62,950 bases of DNA, taken from positions 7,260 through 70,209 of the forward strand of contig JAUNEW010000001.1 of the NCBI GenBank assembly GCA_030525365.1, read 5' to 3'. The notes under the pieces are model-generated. The model saw only the letters and a program-made list of their open reading frames with translations. It was not told the origin of the DNA and did no database searches. Shown here in pieces: positions 19,758 through 28,684 of this stretch; the first letter of the stretch is position 1; each line of letters starts with the position of its first letter. This stretch comes from Eubacteriales bacterium (GTDB lineage Bacteria > Bacillota > Clostridia > Peptostreptococcales > Anaerovoracaceae). A program made the translations under genes and the position numbers.

Positions 19758-19802
19758 TGTTCCACACATGGTAAGTATACCGTTATTTGAGCGTTAATTC
19801 AA
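19758..19802 (-). promoter_or_regulatory. iclR promoter with operator half-site
   Basis: Minus strand TTGAAT-17 bp-TATACT followed 9 bp later by TGGAACA. Confidence 0.55.
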
Positions 19803-19908
19803 TCGAGGTTTTCGGGAAAGACGGTGTTTTTTTCTAGGAAATCCGGCCTTTTCCATGTATAATAAGAAGCGAAAATGTATTACTGGTTATAACGAAACAG
19901 GAGATTGT

Positions 19909-21177
19909 ATGAGTGAGAGAAGAATCATTAAGGTGGATGAACGAGTTCCTCTTCAGAAGGGAATTCCACTAAGTATCCAGCACACCTTTGCCATGTTCAG
20001 CGCATCGGTGCTGGTTCCGTATATTCTGGGAATCAGTCCGGCCATCGCCCTTCTGATGAACGGAATTGGAACGCTGTTGTTTATTTTCATTACGAAGGGG
20101 AAGTCCCCGGCGTATCTTGGATCCAGCTTTGCCTTTATTTCCCCAGCATTGCTGGTAATCAAGAATATGGGGTATGAGTACGCACTGGGTGGCTTTATCG
20201 TGACGGGTATCATATTCATGATTGTAGCGTTTATCGTCAAATTCGTGGGTGTGAAGTGGATTGATGCCATACTGCCGCCGGCGGCCATGGGCCCGGTGGT
20301 GGCACTGATTGGCCTGGAGCTGGCAAAGAATGCAGCGGAGAACGGGGGTATCGTTACGACGGATACCTATACGAAAATTGACCCCCATTATGTTATCGTG
20401 TTCCTGGTAACCCTGGGTTTCGCGGTAATCGGGCAGGTTCTCTACCGGGGATTTGCTTCGGCCATTGCCATTTTGATTGCGATCATCATCGGTTATGTGG
20501 TGGCACTTTTCCTGGGAATCGTTGATTTCACCCCGTGCCTGACACAATCCTGGCTGGCGCTTCCGAATTTCGCTGCGCCGAAATTCAATATGCAGGCGAT
20601 TCTAATTATTGTACCGGCATCCTTGGTGGTGATTTCCGAACACATCGGCCATCAGGTGGTCACTTCCGAAATCATCGGTCAGGATCTTCTGAAGGATCCA
20701 GGTCTTCACCGGACACTGTTCTCCGATGGGCTGTCTACCACCTTGTCGGGCCTGTGCGGTTCCGTTCCGACCACCACTTACGGTGAGAACATCGGCGTCA
20801 TGGCGATTACGAAGGTATACAGCGTGTGGGTAATCGGTGGTGCAGCAGTATTCTCCATCCTGCTGTCCTTCATTGGAAAAGCTTCCGGACTTATCGAGAC
20901 CATCCCGGCTCCAGTTATGGGCGGCATCAGCTTCCTGCTGTACGGTATGATTGGTGCTTCCGGTATCCGTCTCATGGTGGATGCGAAAGTAGACTACTCG
21001 AAGGCAAGAAACCTTGCCATGACATCGGTTATCTTCGTTACGGGACTTTCCGGTGCCTTCATCAAGATTGGAACCGTGGAGCTGACCGGAATGAGCTTGT
21101 CCGCACTGGTGGGCATGGCCATGGGTCTAGTGTTCTATATTCTGGACCGCTTCCATTTGACCAACGATTATGAATAG
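19909..21177 (+). CDS. uraA: Uracil permease (NCS2/NAT family)
   Basis: QHTFAMF, YLGSSFAF, EHIGH, PTTTYGENIGVMAITKV signature. Confidence 0.9.
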   Translation: MSERRIIKVDERVPLQKGIPLSIQHTFAMFSASVLVPYILGISPAIALLMNGIGTLLFIFITKGKSPAYLGSSFAFISPALLVIKNMGYEYALGGFIVTGIIFMIVAFIVKFVGVKWIDAILPPAAMGPVVALIGLELAKNAAENGGIVTTDTYTKIDPHYVIVFLVTLGFAVIGQVLYRGFASAIAILIAIIIGYVVALFLGIVDFTPCLTQSWLALPNFAAPKFNMQAILIIVPASLVVISEHIGHQVVTSEIIGQDLLKDPGLHRTLFSDGLSTTLSGLCGSVPTTTYGENIGVMAITKVYSVWVIGGAAVFSILLSFIGKASGLIETIPAPVMGGISFLLYGMIGASGIRLMVDAKVDYSKARNLAMTSVIFVTGLSGAFIKIGTVELTGMSLSALVGMAMGLVFYILDRFHLTNDYE

Positions 21178-21180
21178 GTA

Positions 21181-21215
21181 AAAAAAGAGAGCCGGAAGGC
21201 TCTCTTTGCGTTTTT
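21181..21215. terminator. Bidirectional terminator
   Basis: AAAAAAGAGAGCC-GGAA-GGCTCTCTTT. Confidence 0.75.
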
Positions 21216-21221
21216 GTTTAA

Positions 21222-21872
21222 TTATCCGATATGCCGGTAGACACCTTCTACCTTGCCGACGATTTTGCAGTCCGGAACGATAATGTCTTCCATTTCCGAA
21301 TTCTCTGGATGGAGCCGGATGTGGTCCTTCTCGCGGTAGAATCTTTTTACCGTGGACTCGTATTCGTAATCTCCTTCAATCATGGCAACCACAATATCGC
21401 CGTTCTGGGCTTCGTGCTCTTCTCGAACAATGATGAAATCCTTGTCGCAGATGCCGATGTCCACCATACTATTTCCATGAACGGCCAGAATGAAATTCTT
21501 GCCGCTTCCAAGGAACTGGGAAGGGAAGGGAACATACTGGTCGATATTCTGTTCGGAAAGAATCGGCGTACCTGCTGCTACGTCACCGATGATTGGAACC
21601 AGTGTGATGTTGGTGTCGTCGATTTCCGGCATGGTTTCTGGTGCAGGCGTCCCTCGATCCATTCCCACCACGACAAGAGCTCGAGGCTTGCTGGGATCCT
21701 TTCGAATGAGTCCCTTCTCCTCTAGCGTATTCAAATCCTTGAATACGGTGGATGTGGACTTAATCTCCAGATCTGCACAAATCTCACGTACGGTAGGAGG
21801 AAAACCTCTGCCGTTAATAGTGTCCTTCATGTACTGCAGGATTCGTTCCTGCCGAATCTCACTTTTCTTCAT
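21222..21872 (-). CDS. lexA: SOS repressor LexA
   Basis: GFPPTVREI winged HTH, KPRAL, VAAG cleavage site, GNSM Ser and TVKR Lys dyad. Confidence 0.95.
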   Translation of the reverse strand: MKKSEIRQERILQYMKDTINGRGFPPTVREICADLEIKSTSTVFKDLNTLEEKGLIRKDPSKPRALVVVGMDRGTPAPETMPEIDDTNITLVPIIGDVAAGTPILSEQNIDQYVPFPSQFLGSGKNFILAVHGNSMVDIGICDKDFIIVREEHEAQNGDIVVAMIEGDYEYESTVKRFYREKDHIRLHPENSEMEDIIVPDCKIVGKVEGVYRHIG

Positions 21873-21887
21873 GGAATACCTCCAGAA

Positions 21888-22703
21888 TTATACCAGTGTT
21901 AGTTCGTTGATATCCATCGGGCTTCCGTAGTTGTTCCAGTCATCGTAGATAAGACCGCTCTGGCGAATGATAATATCGCCTACCTTACCATCAATCTTGC
22001 TGAAAGGCAGAGTCTTGTGGTAGGTTACCAGGCTGTCCTTGTAGTGGAACACGAAACCGGTACGGAAAAGCTCCTTCTCCAGGGGATGCTGATACTCTGC
22101 AATGTCGCACAGCAGGTCGAACAGGTCGTCGCCTTCTGTTTCAAATACATTATCCAGCGTCAGGTTGGAGTAGTTGGCACGAATCTGGACTTCGTGGCCG
22201 TTGAAGCGATCCAGGAATTTCGTTAGTTTTTCCTTAGTGGAAGGTTCCTTCGCATCCTCAAAGATAACGCAGTTGATGCGGTGACGAACCTTGAGCAAAT
22301 CGAAAATCTCATCGGAACACTCCTTGACATAGTGCTTCAGGTGACGCGATACGTTCACGCAAGAAATCATATCTGCGTGACGGTTCAGGACCTCCGCAAC
22401 CTTGTGGATGTCCTGCTCTTCGCTGGTTGGAAGGGTGGTGTTGATGTAAAGATTGTGAGTTTCTCCCACATGGGCAATCAAATCTTCCAGGCAATCTAGC
22501 TTAGCCAGCGGTTCTCCTCCGGTAAAAACAACATCGTTGTGCGGAAAAATCCGGCCTAAGAGATCCAGGGAACGGTAGCAGCGATCCAGGTCGAAGCTGG
22601 ATGAATTCTTGTATTCCTCCTTATTCACACAGAACGGACAACTGTTGTTGCAGTCGTACGGTACGAACATGGTGACGGTAGGACCTTCTTTATACTTTTT
22701 CAT
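21888..22703 (-). CDS. Radical SAM protein of unknown function
   Basis: CNNSCPFC (CxxxCxxC), FTGGEP, INTT, NVSRH; start taken at ATG 22703. Confidence 0.85.
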   Translation of the reverse strand: MKKYKEGPTVTMFVPYDCNNSCPFCVNKEEYKNSSSFDLDRCYRSLDLLGRIFPHNDVVFTGGEPLAKLDCLEDLIAHVGETHNLYINTTLPTSEEQDIHKVAEVLNRHADMISCVNVSRHLKHYVKECSDEIFDLLKVRHRINCVIFEDAKEPSTKEKLTKFLDRFNGHEVQIRANYSNLTLDNVFETEGDDLFDLLCDIAEYQHPLEKELFRTGFVFHYKDSLVTYHKTLPFSKIDGKVGDIIIRQSGLIYDDWNNYGSPMDINELTLV

Positions 22704-22751
22704 AATATTATTGTACCCCTTAAAAGCTAATTTGTTTCTTACGATTAGATT

Positions 22752-22791
22752 ATTATAACACGGGTTAAAATAATTTGTAAACGCATGTTTA
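22752..22791 (-). promoter_or_regulatory. Extended -10 promoter with SOS-like palindrome over the -35 region
   Basis: Minus strand TGtTATAAT (22752-60), TTTACA (22776-81); TAAAC-GCAT-GTTTA (22778-91). Confidence 0.5.
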
Positions 22792-22886
22792 TAAAGTGTC
22801 AAAATCTATAGAAATGAGTCGGATTGTGCTAGTAAAGAAACAAAAAGTCATGTATAATAATCTGGGGTAAGATTTTAGGAGAAAAT

Positions 22887-23528
22887 ATGAAGAACTTTAT
22901 AAAAAACAAGAAGCTGCAGAGCCCACCGCTTTGCAACTGGTTTGAGCTACTTATAATTCTTTTAATCGGATGGTTCGTGTTATCCGGCATTTTCGAGCGA
23001 AAGTTTATTATCTATGGGCTTCTGACCTGTACCATCATTTCACTGGTTTGTTACCAATCATTTTACATGAAGGGCATTCATTCGGATGTCTACTATTTTC
23101 TAATTCACGTGAACCCATTTCGGTTCGCGGTCTATTTCCTGTGGCTGATGAAAGAAATTATCAAAAGTTCCCTCAGCGTTACCATTAACGTGTGCAAAGG
23201 AGGGAAATCTTTACATCCTCAGATTGTCTGGTTTCGGGCAGATTACGACAACCCGGCAGCCCGGGCACTTCTAGCCAATTCCATAACATTGACGCCGGGG
23301 ACGGTGACGGTGGATATTCTGGAAGACGGAACCTACTCCGTTCACGCATTGACAGAAGGGGCGAAGGAAGGACTCTTGGACGGCACCATGCAGCGCAAGG
23401 TGGCCTCACTTTTCCATGAAGAAATCGACTACCAGGTTCTGGAGGCGGAAGAAGTGGAACGCAGCCGGAAGATGGTGCACCTGATTGAAACTACTTTTGG
23501 CAGGAAGGGGAGAATGAAACGCATATGA
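22887..23528 (+). CDS. mrpE: Mrp/Mnh antiporter subunit E
   Basis: LANSITLTPGTVT...VHAL signature. Confidence 0.88.
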   Translation: MKNFIKNKKLQSPPLCNWFELLIILLIGWFVLSGIFERKFIIYGLLTCTIISLVCYQSFYMKGIHSDVYYFLIHVNPFRFAVYFLWLMKEIIKSSLSVTINVCKGGKSLHPQIVWFRADYDNPAARALLANSITLTPGTVTVDILEDGTYSVHALTEGAKEGLLDGTMQRKVASLFHEEIDYQVLEAEEVERSRKMVHLIETTFGRKGRMKRI

Positions 23529-23785
23529 CTATTTTTTACTGGGGAATCCTGCTGGCAATTACAGGGATTGTGCTTTTGATGCTTCTCTTCATGATTCGGA
23601 AAAAGCAGGTGTACGATAAGCTGAATGCGATGTTCGCCATGAATACCAGCATTGTGTTTCTAATTCTGATGCGAGGAATGATTGACGGCCGAATGGACAT
23701 GTATATCGACATCGCTCTGAGTTACTCCATTCTGGGTTTTGTAACGACAGTGATTCTGGCGAAGTATATCGGAGGTAGAAAATAA
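23525..23785 (+). CDS. mrpF: Mrp/Mnh subunit F
   Basis: Three TMs, YIDIALSY.ILGF..T..LAK; ATGA overlap with mrpE. Confidence 0.85.
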   Translation: MTIFYWGILLAITGIVLLMLLFMIRKKQVYDKLNAMFAMNTSIVFLILMRGMIDGRMDMYIDIALSYSILGFVTTVILAKYIGGRK

Positions 23786-24147
23786 TGGATATTCATACTG
23801 TGATTTCTGCGGTTCTGATTGGGGTCGGAACTATTTTTCTGTGGATTGCGGCAGTGGGGATTGTTCGCTTTCCGGACTTCTATTCTCGGCTGCATGCAGG
23901 CGGAATTGGGGATACTCTGGGAGCCCTTCTGATAACATTGGGAATTATGGTGAAGACTGGGCTGACGTTGCTTTCGGTAAAAGTATTCATCGTCTTTCTA
24001 ATCTACCTGATTACAAACCCACTGGGAACGAACCTGATTATTCTGGAGGCGGTTCACGCGAAGGACTATCAGGGATATAACCGGAAAGTCCTCCGGAAGA
24101 AGAATCCTAGGAGCGAGAAGGGAGATGAGAGCCATGCTGATGCTTGA
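23785..24147 (+). CDS. mrpG: Mrp/Mnh subunit G
   Basis: GIVRFPDFYSRLHA...DTLG. Confidence 0.9.
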   Translation: MDIHTVISAVLIGVGTIFLWIAAVGIVRFPDFYSRLHAGGIGDTLGALLITLGIMVKTGLTLLSVKVFIVFLIYLITNPLGTNLIILEAVHAKDYQGYNRKVLRKKNPRSEKGDESHADA

Positions 24148-24370
24148 AGCCATACTACTTCTAGCGCTGATTGCAATCACGCTGGTGGTGATTTTTGATA
24201 AAGACTTGATGGTGGTAGTGATTACCTACTGCGCCTTCAGTTTCATTACCATGTTCCTCTATATCGTGATGGGAGCGCCGGATGTGGCATTCACGGAGGC
24301 GGTAATTGGTGTGATTTCCACCATCTATTTCATCATGACGCTAAAGAACATTGATCGGAGGTGTAAGTAA
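24125..24370 (+). CDS. Mrp B1-type subunit (DUF4040; equivalent to MrpA C-terminal helices)
   Basis: GAPDVAFTEA motif. Confidence 0.85.
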   Translation: MRAMLMLEAILLLALIAITLVVIFDKDLMVVVITYCAFSFITMFLYIVMGAPDVAFTEAVIGVISTIYFIMTLKNIDRRCK

Positions 24371-25140
24371 TGAAGAAGGTTCTGCCTCTGATTCTAATTC
24401 TGGTCTGTCTTGGAGCGGCATTCTGGTCCTTTGATTTTCTTCCGGAAATCGGGGATGCGGGCTCGAAACCCAATACCCATACGACGGATTACTACATTGA
24501 ACACGCCACAACGGAAACCAACTCTCCCAACATGGTCACATCGGTAATCGTGGACTACAGGGCCTTCGACACCATGTACGAGACTACGGTGATGTTCATC
24601 GCTGGGGTTGCGGCTCTCTTGATCCTGTCCAGCAGTCCAAATCGAAAGAATCGAATTCGAACCCATCATGTGCGAAAAAATCGAGAGCACCGAGGTGCAC
24701 CGGTATATCGAACGGTGAACAAGGAAGTGGTGATTACCATTGTGAAACCACTGATTCTGCTCTACGCAATCTATGTTCTTTTCCATGGGGAAGTCAGCCT
24801 GGGCGGCGGATTCCAAGCCGGGGCACTGATGGGAATGACCTATATTCTGGATGCGATGGTAATTCCGGAAAGAGAAGGCTTCCGCCTGTCGAAGGAAAAT
24901 TCTGCGGCACTGGGGGGCGTAGGCACCTTCATCTATGTGCTGACGGGTATTCTCTGCATGGTAGGAGGCGGTGTATTCCTGGAATACAAGAAATTGCCGC
25001 TGCCTGTGGAGGTGTTGGAGAAACATTCAGTTGGAATGCTTCTGGTGGAAATCGGTGTGGCCATCTGTGTAATGGCGACGATTATTACCATTCTAAATGC
25101 GATTATGGAAAGGGTGCATTTCGATGATGACACAAATTGA
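24370..25140 (+). CDS. mrpB: Mrp/Mnh subunit B
   Basis: N.VT.VIVDYRAFDT..E and HG..SLGGGFQAG motifs. Confidence 0.88.
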   Translation: MKKVLPLILILVCLGAAFWSFDFLPEIGDAGSKPNTHTTDYYIEHATTETNSPNMVTSVIVDYRAFDTMYETTVMFIAGVAALLILSSSPNRKNRIRTHHVRKNREHRGAPVYRTVNKEVVITIVKPLILLYAIYVLFHGEVSLGGGFQAGALMGMTYILDAMVIPEREGFRLSKENSAALGGVGTFIYVLTGILCMVGGGVFLEYKKLPLPVEVLEKHSVGMLLVEIGVAICVMATIITILNAIMERVHFDDDTN

Positions 25141-25507
25141 GGCCTTGCTGGCCAGCAAAGGAATCTATTTTCTGACGCTGCTCCTGCTGGTCCTGGCATT
25201 GTACGGGATTATCGTCAGCAAGAATTACATGAAGAAGTTAATCTGTATGAATGTAATGCAGGTAGCGGTGATATTCTTCTTTCTGTGCTTTGCCCAGAAA
25301 GATTCCGGAACAATTCCGGTGGCCTTGCACCGCATTGTCCATGCAGCGGATTACATTAACCCTCTTCCCCACGGTCTGATGCTGACGGCCATCGTTGTCA
25401 GCCTGGGAACCACTGGTGTGGGACTGGCGCTTTTGACTAGAATCAAGGAGAAATACGGAAGTATTGAAGAGGAAGATATTATAGAAGGAGAGAAAAAGTT
25501 CCGATGA
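25124..25507 (+). CDS. mrpC: Mrp/Mnh subunit C
   Basis: NPLPHGLMLTAIVV motif. Confidence 0.88.
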   Translation: MMTQIEALLASKGIYFLTLLLLVLALYGIIVSKNYMKKLICMNVMQVAVIFFFLCFAQKDSGTIPVALHRIVHAADYINPLPHGLMLTAIVVSLGTTGVGLALLTRIKEKYGSIEEEDIIEGEKKFR

Positions 25508-26979
25508 AGAACCTGCCCGCGTATATAGTACTTTTACCATTATGTTCGGCACTGCTGTCTCTGGCCTTGTCGAAAATACATAGACATCTGGGAAGAGATG
25601 TCGTTTTCTGCGCGTTGACAGGATCTTTGATACTGTCGGTATTGCAGCTGAGACAAGTTATTGCGGAAGGCCCCATCCACTATGTGTTCGGTGGATATAC
25701 CATTCCCTATGGAATTGAATTTTCCATCGATACCATTAACGCGGTTATCGTGGTGATGGTCTGTCTTCTGGGCGTTCTTTCCTGCATGTTCGCATTTAAC
25801 TTTGACACGAAGGGAGATGCGGTCCAGGTGGGCGGTGCCTATACCATGCATGCCCTTCTCGTACTGGGTATGGTGGGCATGACCATGACAGGAGACGTGT
25901 TTAACCTGTACGTATTCCTGGAGATTACATCACTTACAGCGTACTGCCTGATTGCCATGGGCGGAAGCCGAGGCGTGGTATCCGCATTCCGCTATCTTCT
26001 GGTGGGCACGGTGGCCGCCACATTCTATCTGCTGGGAGTAGGAATTCTGTATTCGGTTACCGGCACGCTGAATATGGCAGATATGGCGAAATGCCTTGCC
26101 GCTGGAAATAACGATTCGGCCATGCTGATGGCTATGCTGCTTCTGATTGTATCCTTTGGAATTAAGATGGCGCAGTTTCCATTCCACGGATGGCAACCGT
26201 CGGCATATACCCATGCCAATACGGGAGCCAGACCGCTGATTGCCGGGGCCATGGGAAAGATTCCGGCCTACGCCATGTTCCGTTATCTGTACTGCATCTA
26301 CGGACCTGGTTTCAAGTATTTTCGATTCATTCTTCTGGTCATCGGAATCCTGTCGGTATGTGGCATGATTTACGGATCGGTGCGTGCCATGGCTCAGCGC
26401 GATATCCGCAAAGTGCTGGCCTATTCCAGTGTTGCGCAGATCAGCTATATCAGCCTGGGCTTTGCCATCGGAACTCCGCTGGCGTTAGCAGGGTCTTTCC
26501 TACATATGGTGGGCCATGCCTTCATGAAGGGAGGCCTGTTCTTTGCCGCCGGTGCCATTAGCTGGAAATACGGAACTTTTGACTTGAACGACTTCGGCAG
26601 AATCTATAAGAAGATGCCCTGGACGGCGGGCCTTCTGACAGTGGGCGCCCTGTCCATGATTGGAATTCCGCCAACGGTGGGATTCTTCAGCAAATGGTAT
26701 CTGGCGTTTGGTGCTGCGGAGTCCCATCAGTACGTGTACATTTTCGTGCTGGTGCTGAGTTCCTTGCTGAACGCAATCTATTTCTTCAAATTGATTGAGA
26801 AGGTTTTCGTGCAGGGAGAGAAGAATAAGCGTGAGCTTCATCCGAATACATCTCTTGAGGTGCCGATGTCCATGATGATTCCGGTAGTTATCTGCATTCT
26901 GGTCATTCTTCTTCTGGGCGTATTCAATGTTAAGCTTGTAGACATTCTATTGATTTCACTGAAAGGGGTGGCATTATGA
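25504..26979 (+). CDS. mrpD: MrpD-like proton-translocating subunit 1
   Basis: TGDVFNLYVFLE, GIKMAQFPFH.W, LAYSSVAQ, GFFSKW. Confidence 0.88.
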   Translation: MKNLPAYIVLLPLCSALLSLALSKIHRHLGRDVVFCALTGSLILSVLQLRQVIAEGPIHYVFGGYTIPYGIEFSIDTINAVIVVMVCLLGVLSCMFAFNFDTKGDAVQVGGAYTMHALLVLGMVGMTMTGDVFNLYVFLEITSLTAYCLIAMGGSRGVVSAFRYLLVGTVAATFYLLGVGILYSVTGTLNMADMAKCLAAGNNDSAMLMAMLLLIVSFGIKMAQFPFHGWQPSAYTHANTGARPLIAGAMGKIPAYAMFRYLYCIYGPGFKYFRFILLVIGILSVCGMIYGSVRAMAQRDIRKVLAYSSVAQISYISLGFAIGTPLALAGSFLHMVGHAFMKGGLFFAAGAISWKYGTFDLNDFGRIYKKMPWTAGLLTVGALSMIGIPPTVGFFSKWYLAFGAAESHQYVYIFVLVLSSLLNAIYFFKLIEKVFVQGEKNKRELHPNTSLEVPMSMMIPVVICILVILLLGVFNVKLVDILLISLKGVAL

Positions 26980-28481
26980 TTCTTACAGCCTTAGATTATC
27001 GGCCGGGGATCATCGTTCTGGTGCCCCTTCTGGCGTCCTGCCTGGTGTATGTGTTGGGCGAACGAATTCGTCCGAATTGCCGGGAGGGAATTACATTCCT
27101 AGCTGCTTTTACCATGGCGGGACTGGTCTATTCCATGATTCCGGCCGCTTTGGCGGGAAAGAAAATCGGATTCACGTTGCTGGAAATTGTGAAGGGAATA
27201 TCCCTTCGGTTCTCTGTGGATGCAGCAGGAATGATTTTCGCCTGCGTGGCCGCTACCTTGTGGATTGTCACCTCTTGTTATTCCATCGGATACATGCGAG
27301 GCCATGGGGAAAAGAATCAGACGGGATATTACGCAGCCTTTGCCATGTGTCTGACAGCAACCATGGGACTGTGTTTTGCGGCAAATCTGCTGACTTTCTT
27401 CATCTTCTTTGAAGTGTTGACCGTGGCGACCTATCCATTGGTGGTGCACTATCGGGATGAAGAGGGCACACGGTCCGGACGGAAATACCTGGCGTATACG
27501 CTGATTAGCGGACAGCTGTTCTTTGCTGGTATCGTGATTCTGTATGCTTGCACGGGAACCATGGAATTCGTACCGGGAGGATTTGTTCATAGGGGAGATA
27601 TTCCGATGCCGTGGATGCTGGCGGTGTTCTTCTTGATGATTGGAGCCGGCATTGTCAAGGCCGGGGTAATGCCGCTTCACAGCTGGCTTCCGGCGGCTAT
27701 GGTGGCACCAACACCAGTCAGCGCCCTGCTTCACGCGGTAGCCGTGGTAAAAGCAGGTGCATTCTGCACCCTGCGAATCGTCCTGTACGTCTTCGGACCG
27801 GAAGCGGCAAAATCTTGCCACGGATCGGAGATTCTAGCTTGGATGGCGGTGGCCACCATTCTGGTATCCTCCCTGATTGCTATTCGCAAGGATAATTTGA
27901 AAGCTCGTTTGGCGTTCTCCACTGTGGGACAGCTTTCCTACATTATCCTGGGAATTTCCATCCTGTCGCCTTACGCGGCAACCGGTGCGCTGTATCACAT
28001 TGTGGCGCACGCCTTCATGAAGATTACTCTGTTCATGTGCGCTGGTGCGATTTTCGTCACCACCCACAAGAAGAACATCAGCGACATGATTGGTATCGGA
28101 AAACGGATGCCGGTCACCATGACTTGTTTTACCCTAGCTTCTTTGGCAGTAGCCGGATTCCCATTCTTCGTGGGATTCGTCAGCAAAGCGAATATCATCA
28201 TGGGAGCGGTATCTATGGGGAAACCTTTCTTCGTGGCAACGCTGATTGTCAGCGCCTTGCTGGCACTGACTTACTTGATGCCGGTAGTGCTGATGGCGTT
28301 CAAGAGGGATTTCTACAACAGCCAGTTTCCAACTTATGGAGAAGCCAGCCTGCCGATGCTGGTGCCGATTGTGATTACCACAGCGTGCTCTATCATTCTG
28401 GGAATCATGCCGAATTTCGGCCTGCACCTGTATGATTTCGCAGTAATGGCCGGAAATGCCATATTTGGAATAATGGGATAG
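26976..28481 (+). CDS. MrpD/NuoL-like proton-translocating subunit 2
   Basis: FFEVLT, KAGVMPLHSWLPAAMVAPTPVSALLHA, LAFSTVGQL. Confidence 0.88.
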   Translation: MILTALDYRPGIIVLVPLLASCLVYVLGERIRPNCREGITFLAAFTMAGLVYSMIPAALAGKKIGFTLLEIVKGISLRFSVDAAGMIFACVAATLWIVTSCYSIGYMRGHGEKNQTGYYAAFAMCLTATMGLCFAANLLTFFIFFEVLTVATYPLVVHYRDEEGTRSGRKYLAYTLISGQLFFAGIVILYACTGTMEFVPGGFVHRGDIPMPWMLAVFFLMIGAGIVKAGVMPLHSWLPAAMVAPTPVSALLHAVAVVKAGAFCTLRIVLYVFGPEAAKSCHGSEILAWMAVATILVSSLIAIRKDNLKARLAFSTVGQLSYIILGISILSPYAATGALYHIVAHAFMKITLFMCAGAIFVTTHKKNISDMIGIGKRMPVTMTCFTLASLAVAGFPFFVGFVSKANIIMGAVSMGKPFFVATLIVSALLALTYLMPVVLMAFKRDFYNSQFPTYGEASLPMLVPIVITTACSIILGIMPNFGLHLYDFAVMAGNAIFGIMG

Positions 28482-28492
28482 GAGAGTAGATC

Positions 28493-28684
28493 ATGAATGA
28501 ATTCATATATTACTTCTGTATTTCCTTTGTGGGGGCGATGATGTTGATTTTTCTCGCCAAAGTGGTGATGAACAAGCCTATCCGGAAAGATAAAGATTAC
28601 TATGAAGCGGGGGAGAGAGAAGAAGAGATGCGGATGCTTCGAAATGCAAACCTGAAGAAGTCAAAGAATGGAGGCCGAAAATGA
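28493..28684 (+). CDS. Small single-TM hypothetical protein in the Mrp operon
   Basis: AGGAG RBS, one hydrophobic helix, charged tail, overlaps the next start codon. Confidence 0.6.
   Translation: MNEFIYYFCISFVGAMMLIFLAKVVMNKPIRKDKDYYEAGEREEEMRMLRNANLKKSKNGGRK

Noticed and set aside
19803-19908. PyrR attenuator or riboswitch upstream of uraA
   Set aside because: No PyrR-binding loop motif or terminator/antiterminator visible; leader is short
23525-26979. TGA stops in Mrp genes as selenocysteine or read-through
   Set aside because: They are ordinary stop/start overlaps ending full-length subunits
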